A stretch of DNA of 63,892 nt, filler included, from Choristocarpus tenellus KU-1152 (taxonomy: Eukaryota; Protista; Phaeophyceae), in NCBI GenBank assembly GCA_964200185.2. It is 7 parts of 7 records of this genome, joined end to end, with 100 filler letters (N's around TTAATTAATTAA, not from the genome) between each part and the next. Parts side by side here need not be neighbours in the genome. Positions count along the whole stretch, not along the records: positions 54,468 to 60,733 come from CAXNAD020008531.1; positions 60,834 to 63,892 come from CAXNAD020022614.1; 5 more parts are not named here. One strand, given 5' to 3'. The translations under genes and the position numbers were made by a program. The notes under the pieces were generated by a model that made no database searches, was not told the DNA's origin, and saw only the letters and a program-made list of their open reading frames with translations. Shown one piece after another: positions 54,563-63,892 of the stretch. Position 1 is the stretch's first letter; each line of letters opens with the position of its first letter.

Positions 54563-54679
54563 CCCACCTCTAAATCCATCACATCGCATCGTCAGCATGC
54601 AACCACGAAAGGGCTTCCTCCCCCAGTCCGATACCCGACTCTCTCACCTTACCCTACCCTACCCTACCAAAATCGCTTC

Positions 54680-54715
54680 ACTAACCCTAACCCTAACCCT
54701 AACCCTAACCCTCAC
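54680..54715 (-). repeat. Interstitial telomere-type (TTAGGG)n tract at the start of a kinesin intron
   Basis: ctaaccctaaccctaaccctaaccctaaccctcac; similar short tracts near 17633, 37378, 37500 and 39085. Confidence 0.85.
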
Positions 54716-57220
54716 CCGTTGACGGCAGAGACCACGAGAGGCCGAGCGAATTCGTAAACAGCCGCCTGATTCGCTCCCGGATCAAACACCCTGTCAAACG
54801 AGAACATCTTTTTTGGGGGGGGGAAGAGACGGTTGCTCCGTGAAGTAAGCGATCAGAGGTTTGAGAGATACGGACGGACATAAATGGTGGAAGAGGGAAG
54901 CGGGGGGGGGGGGGGGGGGGGGGGGGGGCAGGTGGGGGGGGGGGGGGGGGGGGGGGGGGAGGGTGCCTAGGTTGGGAGAGAGAGGTAAGGGGAGTGAGTT
55001 GTACAAACTGCCATTTACAAAGCAGAAAAAGAAGAAATTGTCTGATGGTTCAACGGAGGCATGCGTGACGTTTCGGGGTGTACCTCCACCATTGAAATCA
55101 CAAAAAGGGTATACCCTTTGGGAAAGGGCACGAAACACTCTTTTGAGTATGTGGGGGCTTTGTCGTGGGTCTTGTTGAAGTTGAAGAAACATAGAGCACC
55201 GTTACGTTTCGCTGCGCGTAACTGCAAAATGTACAGGTAGAAGGAAATTGTAGTTTGTTTTTTACCACAGATCCGCAAGAAAAAAATATACATGTTCCTA
55301 CGACGTTCTGTATCGACTGAACTCAGTTGCCTGGCACAAGGCAGACATAGAAGTAGTGTCTTGTGAGTTGAGAAGATGATGGATCCCAGGACTAATATGC
55401 AGCATGTATTGTTTGCTTCCATGGAAGGAAGGAGATAGTGTGAAAGTTATCAGTTAGGAGAGGCTCCCCCTGCCGACACTCAGCAACAATCTTCGTTGGT
55501 AACATGAACCCGGCAAGTGCCAACAAGAGCATTCCTGCATCACTCCTCACTCAATGTGCCAACAGAGCTTTCCTCTATCACAAACTTACAGCCCATGCTA
55601 GTTTCTCGTTCTACTGAACACCCTGCTGCCATTTGCATTCCTTTAAGATAGTGCATAGTCTCTGGCATTCATGAAAGAGTCCAAGAATATCCAGGTCAAT
55701 CAAAGCACTCTTGCAACGAGCAGTATGCATCCTGCCCACAGTGCGTGCCAACCGTTGCAGTGCAATCCCACTACCAGAGTGGCATGTCCTTTCGGGTAGC
55801 TGCCTTGAGAAGGGTCACCTTATTTACAGCATGCAAGCAACCTGAATAGGTGCTTGCAATGATACTGACCAAAAGGTTTGGATACATTGTAGTGGCCTTG
55901 AACAGGAGAGAATAGGCAGGCCACATCAGGGGCAGTACCCTTAGCCAAGCATATTATAGGAAGGGTATATAGGGCAATAAAACAACCTGAAATGTGTCCA
56001 GCGTTCACTGGAACATGCTCCGCAACATATACTTGGATAAAATGCATTCGTGTGATGCCCTTGATGGCTGTATCATTGTACATAAATGTTTGTGATTGAT
56101 TACGACAAAAGAACCTTCGATTAGATCAAGGAATGCTAGGGCTGAGGTGAGACATACCTTGGTTTCAGCCTGTGGCTTGGACTTTCCCGTGGGATCAGGT
56201 GGTGGGAGGGGTGGAGGTAGGAGTGCCACGGTCTTGTCATCTTGCGCCACAACTACTGGACGCGATGCATGGCGATCGAGCTCTGGTCTGACCCTCACAA
56301 TGACCTTACCAGGTCACGTTTCAGTAGGTTCAATAGATGGAGGGAGGGATCGATGGGATACTTAGCGGTCATGTTGGGGTGCGAGTGCTCTAACACGCGC
56401 GCTTCAGAAGCACTGGTCCAAAATTACGCATGATGAAAGCAGCAGGGTCGGGCTGTCCTTGACACAGGGTTTGAGAAGCGGTGGGAAGGGTATACATGGC
56501 ATTCAGTGCTGCTTGTCTACGACACAGCAAAGCAACGAGGGCGTTCTTGGCGTTTTTAGAGAACAACGATGGGAATTAAATTAGATGCTATGTTTTCGTA
56601 AGACCTGTTCCACAATCGACAGCAAAGAGACGATACACCGTTCCCATTTTGCTGCTGGTTAGATGCAAACGTTGTTCAATGGTGCTTGTAAATGTGGTGA
56701 GGAATGAAATACCTCTGAAGCTGCGATCGAAGGTGAAGAAAGCTACAATTGTGCATAGACTATTGCAGCTCAACAGTGGAGCTGCTTTCTCATGCCCCCG
56801 GATCGTATACTTTGTTCGACATTTGAGCATCCATAGCACACAATTTGACGCTAACCACACACTACACCCCTAATCATCTCGATTTACCTCAGCAAGACTA
56901 TTTTGTAGATTCAAGGCTCCAGTGGTGAGCGATATTCGAAATGTCAGTGCCTGTCAGATACCACAACTACTGTGTAAGCTATCGCATAGCTTGCATCGTA
57001 CAAACCCAAAACCGTTCTAGGCCTATATTCGCTCCATATCTTGACCAAGCTAATAACATCATCTTTGAGACCTCTATTCCCCCCCAATGACTCTACTCCC
57101 TTGCAATGGCATGGACGGTGCATGGGGCATATTGGTTGAAGGCACAAAATGCTGCTTCGTAATGTTCCCTACCTTCACGGGCTCGCTGTCAGAATCTTCA
57201 CGACCTCCGACCACCGCCAT
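54716..57220 (-). CDS. Kinesin motor protein, N-terminal three exons (3'-truncated)
   Basis: Exons 57220-57173 (MAVVGGREDSDSEPVK), 56304-56158 (VIVRVRPELD...), 54807-54716 (MFSFDRVFDPGANQAAVYEFARPLVVSAVNG): canonical VxVRVRP and FxFDxVF..Q..VY motifs. Confidence 0.9.
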
Positions 57221-60083
57221 GTCATGTAACCTAAATTTTCACTCCTGTCCGGGAGGGAGAATGTTGGCTATCACTTCTCTATGTGCCATGTTCAAGGGTG
57301 ACGGTTTGGGAAGTGAAGATTGTTATACAGGATGGTCGTTGTTGGATTGCCCCAAAATGAAAGATTAACTTCAGCGCGCGTGATTTTGAATTATTTTCAC
57401 TCCAACTTCTTGAATCACACGCCTTCCAACTTCCTGAACAATACACCTTCTATTTTAACATCTTTCACAACAATAATAGTAGTAGGCAATAGCAACCACT
57501 AGACAAATTTCACTACGAAAATTGACAATCGGCACACTCAGTCATAATATCCTCCCATTAACAATCAGAGTAAGGAGTGATCACAATCGGGTTTTTCGTG
57601 AAGAGTAGGTAGGCCCTGTTAGACTTGCCAATGCCTGCAATCTGTTAAACGCAAGTCAAAGCGTCGAGGTCTTTCATACGGTAGTTGGATACGAAGTTTC
57701 TGGTAGGACCACCACCACTTCCTTCGATTTAATGACACCAAAATCGTTAATACAACTTCATCCCTTGTCCAATTAGGTTACATTTTTCTAACAAAGTCTA
57801 CATAAACCAATCAATGTTGTTAATAACCCTCTACTAAGAACATCATGGTTTTGAGAGCTCTTACTAAGTAAGGGTGACTTTATCGCACATTGGCTAAAAT
57901 GATATTGTTTTGAAGCACCTAGAAAATTGTGTCTGCCGCAGGTTCTTATTTCCTCTACTCAAAATGTCGGGTTCTCAACGGTGACTTACTGGAGTTACTA
58001 AATAAAGAATATATACTATATTGAAATAAGTGGTGGGTGGGTCTCTAACAAATAAGTGTAAAAATATTATTTCTGTTACTTCAAAAGTTTGGTTACGACA
58101 TACACCAACGATAAGAGTTTCCAATTGTAAACCTCTGTTAGTTTTGATGTAGTTGTTCTTTGAAGAATATTAGGTAGGTGCAGTAAAAAATATACGAGAT
58201 ACAATTTTTAGACAGAAAACTCCGTCTCAAGTGAGCATATGAAGGGCCTTAAGTATTGGAAATGGCATTCATTATCGTTGTTCAATCAACATACAAGCCA
58301 CTGATGTTGCAGAGTGAACTACGAATTGACACTATACACGTAACGTCTCACTACCTAGTAACTATTATTATAGAGTACGAGCCGATCAAAATTTACCTAC
58401 CACGTCAGTATCGTATTTTGGACAAAATCATCCAGGACCAGGGTCTTCAATGATTCAAACGGTTTCCACAACCGCCACAAAAACTCTTATTGTTCTGCTC
58501 CTGCTATCGTTGAGACAAGACAGAAGTATCAAATTGATTTAGTAGACAGATTCGTCCAAGGGATAGTCTGCCGGGGGGTTGCACATTTGTTAGGTCAAGC
58601 CCTTGTCTCAACGAGAAGCCATTGTTCTCTTTACACTCACCAAATTACGACACCCATGCAAATATATGACAAGCGAGCGAGAGTGTGTACCCACATACTG
58701 ACCATATTGGTTGGGGTGAGCGGTGGGTATGCCTATGTTTGATGCAGTGTCGACATATAGTGTCCATGTTTCGTGCATGGAATGATCTCTACATCACCTC
58801 CATGTACACATACACTTCTCTTGTTGTGAAAATCCAGATTTTGAAAGTGACATTTGATTGCTGTATTGTGTGCACACAGTAATTGTCTAGCAATCATTTC
58901 CCTCTAGTTGATTGCACTAGAAGTTCCTTCTGTGTAGCACTCCTGGGTACATGAATTAAAGTCTTGTATTGTTCAGAGAGGGGTGTTTAGAGTGCCCAAT
59001 ATGAAGATGCGCACATGGAGTACTTAGTCCGTGTCTTGATGGGATTATGTTCGTGTGAATTGTAGGCACAAGGAAGGATTCATGATAAATTCGAAGGACA
59101 CTAGTAGAAGATGTATACATTCCATACTGGATGGAACAGTTGATTAATATTTGTGTAGGAGCAAATTGTTTATGTAGACGTCACCAATCACTCAATGTAT
59201 TCCTTCCGATTTCCAACCAGTCCTCCCTCACGTTCACAACTCACGAAATCCGAACACCAATAAGACCCGACCTTGAGCACTTTGAGTATGGTGAGCGGAG
59301 TATGATCCTCCTATTTTTACGAATTCAAGAAGGTGGTTGAATTATCGTTTTGTACTTCAGCACAGTATCAGCAAAAAGGTGATATGCTAAGAGTACTTTG
59401 ACTCCAAGCACTTTTTACGTACTTTCTCGCAACAAGCACTACATAATCCATGGACCGACTAGTACACAACTAGCTAGCCTACTACTTCTGCAGTTTCACC
59501 CCGGCATCATTTTTCTCATGCCATGTTCTTGTGGAGTAGCCAAATACTGTGAAGTCCTGCCCCCAGGTAGGTAAAATCATTCTTCTGAAGATTTTCACCA
59601 ATATACGTAGTACTCAATGTAAATGTTGACACCATAACATATATAGTTGAGTGATATATGTGTTGATTCGATTCTCCGTAAGTGCTGTTAAGTGGTTCAC
59701 AGTCACAAGAGCAACACGAATCATGGCTTTGCTCTCCTCCATGCTTATGCGGAAAAAAGGATAACACCATCACTGTATCAAAGGGGCATGACAAAACTAG
59801 GTTGAAAATATGGTCCATTCCTCAACTGTGAGAGGACATGCATGGGAATGGTCTCTAATTGAACTAAAGATTCACTCCCCCTGTTGATGTACACGGACAC
59901 ATAGTACAGTACTGCCTTCACCACCATGTCACATCATACCACACAGACAAAAATAGAGGAAATATGCATAGTTGATACACCTAGACCCTTCAACTTGGTT
60001 TGTTACAATCATGTAACTTCGCCACATTGGGCCACAAGTAAGTATAACCTCTCATGTAGGATAGCCCATGTATATCTCTGACT

Positions 60084-60260
60084 GGATCAACGTATCTGGT
60101 GGTGTGTGTGGCCTACACCAGGGTCTCCATTCGGCCATGACCAGGAGAAGTGCACTTACACTATCAATCCGACGCATCAAACCAGATAAACCAAAAACCA
60201 CGACATGGAAAAATGGGCAACAAATGGACAGCCGCCACCTCCCCCTAGATTCTTTGAGCC
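60084..60260 (+). mobile_element. MITE family B, diverged full copy
   Basis: ggatcaacgtatctgg...tacaccagggtctccattcg...ggacagccgccacctccccctagattctttgagcc. Confidence 0.7.
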
Positions 60261-60833
60261 ATAACACCAGCATGAGTGCGTCGAGAACCATGATTTGAAT
60301 GTGGTTGCAACGAATGTTCTTTGCACCGGCCTTGGACCAGGACATCCATGACCATTTCAAGGTACACAAACAAAAGGTATATGCAAAGGAATACCACAGA
60401 CAGAATAGTGGGATAATGGCATAGATCAAAACCTACTACCAAGAGACGAAGAATATTCCTAACATATCTTCTACAGTGCACTATCTGGACCATACCAAAA
60501 TGGACAGCTTACACAAAAATTTCAAATACGAGTCAGATATTTCAAATCCACTTCCTTCTGTTGCATTACAGAGTAGTACTTTGGAGTATGTGTCAAAATT
60601 TCAGCATCTATCTAAATCCTCCCCATGCACGCCCCTCCGTTGCTCATCCCTCCATCTTCCTCTCCTCCTTTCCCTACCCCCCCCCCTTCACCTCACCCAC
60701 ATCCTATAACCTCCCCGCCATTTCACAGGCCAGNNNNNNNNNNNNNNNNNNNNNNNNNNNNNNNNNNNNNNNNNNNNTTAATTAATTAANNNNNNNNNNN
60801 NNNNNNNNNNNNNNNNNNNNNNNNNNNNNNNNN

Positions 60834-60907
60834 AAAAAAAACATGGGAAGCCAAGCCCCAAATGGACAAACAGGGCAAAACTCGTACCCTCTAAGATACT
60901 TTCGCTC
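60834..60907 (-). mobile_element. MITE family A, partial copy in reverse orientation at contig start
   Basis: acaaacagggcaaaactcgtaccctctaagatactttcgctc is the reverse complement of the family A left end. Confidence 0.8.
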
Positions 60908-60999
60908 AGCACTTTCCATAATAGCCGCCATCCCAAGACACTCACTCGTTGGTTGACTACGCTGCAATGATGTGTCTAAATGGCCTCTATTGAAAAACG

Positions 61000-61255
61000 G
61001 AGTTAAAGTATCTTAGAGGGTACAAGTTTTCACCTGTTTGTCCATTTGGGACTTGGATCCCCACGGGTTTTTAATGTCATTTTACCTACTCCAAAACAAT
61101 TTTGGAGTAGGTAAAATGTGTATGTCATGAAAAGGTGTGTAACAAGGATATTGACATCTCCTAACAAACATGAAAGACAAAATTACATCAAAATTACGAC
61201 ATGGGATTTTGGTCCCCAAATGGACGCGGCTCTACCCTCTAAGATACTTTGACTC
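61000..61255 (+). mobile_element. MITE family A, young copy with 4-bp TSD (AACG)
   Basis: aacg|gagttaaagtatcttagagggta ... taccctctaagatactttgactc|aacg. Confidence 0.9.
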
Positions 61256-61401
61256 AACGGTTTTGAGGATATGCTCCTGATCTGCATCCATCCAACAGCC
61301 CCTCAAATGTATCCCCAGGTTCCTGATATTTTCTTTTTTCTCCTTTCCACCTCACTCCACCCCCAATTTCCGAATTCCAAACAACATCAACAAATCTGTA
61401 G

Positions 61402-62946
61402 CTCAATTATACAAGACAATCAAGACATGGATGTGGCTCTTGTCAAGTACAGGGTTGCCGCTGTGCAGGTGAGCATAGAGAATAGGGATACAGGGTGTGG
61501 CCTGCGGTGCACTGTTGTTTGTGTTCTGCACTTGTAGGTGTTGGTTGGTTCGCATTTGTGCTTACAAAATACAATCGGAATGTATGCAATATCACTATAT
61601 CCTTGTAGATGCACACAAAATGGAGACAAGCATGCCTGCATATATCTGCACCCTTGTCCACCTGTGTGTATGTATCCACATGATTGAAGAGTCTGGATGT
61701 TTCTCTTCAAAGCGATTTTTAATGAGTGTGTCGAGCCATACTAGGATTAAGGAGAAGAAGAGAAGATTGTTGAGGGGGTTGAGAATCATTGAAATATATG
61801 GAGGCCAGTCCCAGTCAGCTGTGCAGTGTATCTGTCCAAAAAAGTGTTGAATTTTTGGGATTTTCAAGGTATAGTGTGCCAGTTAATAGCTACATGCCAC
61901 CATACCATCCTGTTGACTCCCAATTTTTTGTTTGGCTGACGTCAGGCCTTCACTGGATTTGTTGTTTGCCTGCCAAGAGAATAGATGGAATAGTTGTCAC
62001 AATTATTAAACAAAATTTACAACTCTGAAATGGCAGACATGTTACACTAAGTCAAAAGGTTGTACTTGCCTTCAAACATCCCCAGTCCGCCAATCTTGGC
62101 ACCATTTTGTTAATGTGGTGCAATGATACAGCACGAAGGATATTTCCATCTCTCTTGTACATATTGCTCTTTGAGAACTTTATTTGGCGGCATGAAAATC
62201 AGCAGTATATCCCTACATATTATTCTGCTGAACCAACGTGGTACTTGCATGCTCCCGTCGACATTTTCATCATGCGCAGACTCCAAACTCTGCACAGCTC
62301 TGGAACAACATTGGAATGTGCTTCTTTGGAAAGGTAAGCCCATGCTTGTTCCATAAGGAAGGGACTCCTTTGTGTGAACTACTTCTGAGATTATTTGATT
62401 GTAAGATTGGAGGGCAGACTCTGTTGGACGTCTGTGAAATGTCTATCCCTTCAAGGATTTTGTCTTAGCTGAAAATAATTAGTAGTTTTATATACCACCA
62501 CCGCAGAACTATCAATTGCTAATTACCAATAGAGTCCACAGATGCCTAGCTGGTTGACTGGAGCACTGCTCAGTGCACCATATTCCCTCCCTTGCACCTC
62601 CAAGCATAGTGTAGTGTTTGTTTGTTTTTATCATGCAACCAATGATGCGCATTAACATTTGCCACAAAGAGTACAAAATGCATAAAAATGTGCGTTATTC
62701 TGCTCTGTATCACACCACGTATCAAAATGCACTGGTTGGTTTCGCATTCTATGGTCCCACAATCGCGACCCCTGCCCTTCCCTCTATCTCTCGTCGACCT
62801 GCTGAAACGCAGGCAGGATATGTTGCAGCAATAGCCTGCCTGAAGAGAGCCCTCTACCTAGATCCGTTTGAGTGGATTGTGTCTTACAACCTGGGTCTAG
62901 TGCACCTCAAGACCGAGCAATATGCCTCTGCCTTCCACTTCTTCAG
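61402..62946 (+). CDS. BBS4: Bardet-Biedl syndrome 4 protein (BBSome TPR subunit), three internal exons
   Basis: Exons 61402-61468 ([22 protein letters not shown]), 62280-62333 ([18 protein letters not shown]), 62813-62946 ([42 protein letters not shown]) match the conserved BBS4 core. Confidence 0.93.
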
Positions 62947-63001
62947 GTATGACATAATGGGAAGATCGATATAAATTACCAAGTACAATAATGTACGTCT
63001 G

Positions 63002-63257
63002 GAGTTAAAGTATCTTAGGGGGTACAAGTTTCCACCTGTTTGTCCATTTGGGACTTGGATCCCCACGGGTTTTTAATGTCATTTTACCTACTCCAAAACA
63101 ATTTTGGAGCAGGTAAAATGTATATGTCATGAAAAGGTGTGTAACAAGGATATTGACATCTCCTAACAAACATGAAAGACAAAATTACATCAAAATTACG
63201 ACATGGGATTTTGGTCCCCAAATGGACGCGGCTCTACCCTCTAAGATACTTTGACTC
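63002..63257 (+). mobile_element. MITE family A, young copy with 4-bp TSD (TCTG)
   Basis: tctg|gagttaaagtatct ... agatactttgactc|tctg; near-identical to 61000-61255. Confidence 0.9.
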
Positions 63258-63725
63258 TCTGGTGGTATGTATATCAGCAGTAACATCAAAAAAGTGTATA
63301 GTCTTAGCAAGAGTAGGAGGGCAATGAGTGGGTTTCACCATAGCTTCCACTTGGATAGAATGGGTTGATCGCAATGTATGGGGACGGCCTGAATTTCACA
63401 CGGAGCTGTGGATTCCTGTACTACCGAAAATGGCCTCTTCATAGCAATAGATGTCTCGGTGACGAGGATGCAGTCCACGGAATCAGTCCACCTGCAATAT
63501 GCTTGGATTCGTGAGTCAAAACACTCGAAATTTGTGTAATATGAGTGTCTTCCAGCATGCTGGTTGAAACTATGCGCCATGCCTGTACACCTGATACTTT
63601 TTTCCCTGCAAAGTAAACCCCTTGACACAACAAGTGTTTGACCTCCTGATGAGCAACAAGTGACTCCCTCTCATTCCGTTCATCAAGAAGAACAAGTTGC
63701 ATACACAGTTCTTGGGCTCATACTG

Positions 63726-63892
63726 GACCCAATGTATCTTGGGGAGGGGGGAGGTCTACACCAGGGTGTCCATTTGGACCATTATCAGGAAAAGTGTATT
63801 TTCATTATCCACCGGACGTATGCAACCAAATCATCCAAAAATTGTGACATGAAAAAATTGACCCAAGCGGACAGCCGCCCACCCCACCCCCC
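63726..63892 (+). mobile_element. MITE family B, 3'-truncated by window end
   Basis: cccaatgtatcttggggaggggggaggtctacaccagggtgtccatttgg...ggacagccgcccacccc. Confidence 0.75.

Noticed and set aside
54468-55000. True telomere / proline- or glycine-rich ORFs
   Set aside because: The repeat tract is short and intronic; the poly-P/G ORFs arise from low-quality C/G homopolymers flanking a kinesin exon.
63290-63720. Minus-strand ORFs as a retroelement fragment
   Set aside because: No recognisable motif; too weak to call.
13917-63892. Functional cluster of cilia genes (EML, kinesin, BBS4, sAC)
   Set aside because: They lie on different contigs joined artificially, so physical linkage is unsupported.

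Overview
Eukaryotic, intron-rich genomic DNA made of seven contigs joined by artificial 100-nt spacers (N-run + TTAATTAATTAA + N-run at 13817, 27258, 32077, 46944, 54368, 60734), so synteny across the spacers cannot be assumed. Manual exon stitching gives: a multi-TAPE EML5/6-like WD40 gene (+, partial); ERCC8/CSA (-) head-to-head with a divergent CysQ-type phosphatase (+); a decayed DD39D-type mariner; two exons of a soluble adenylyl-cyclase-like gene; a complete GT14 (core-2/I-branching/xylosyltransferase-like) gene (-); an unidentified multi-exon gene with a 14-nt microexon; the 5' end of a kinesin (-); and internal exons of BBS4 (+). The cilia genes, intron sizes and TTAGGG repeats suggest a flagellated alga or protist, perhaps a stramenopile (inference). 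The most distinctive non-genic signals are two MITE families (at least 14 full or partial copies) sharing an AAAGTATCT terminal core with apparent 4-bp TSDs, recurrent GC-AG introns and AAG acceptors, and a pair of inverted ~56-bp tandem arrays. I found no clear-cut novel multi-gene system. Most ORFs in the supplied track are spurious.
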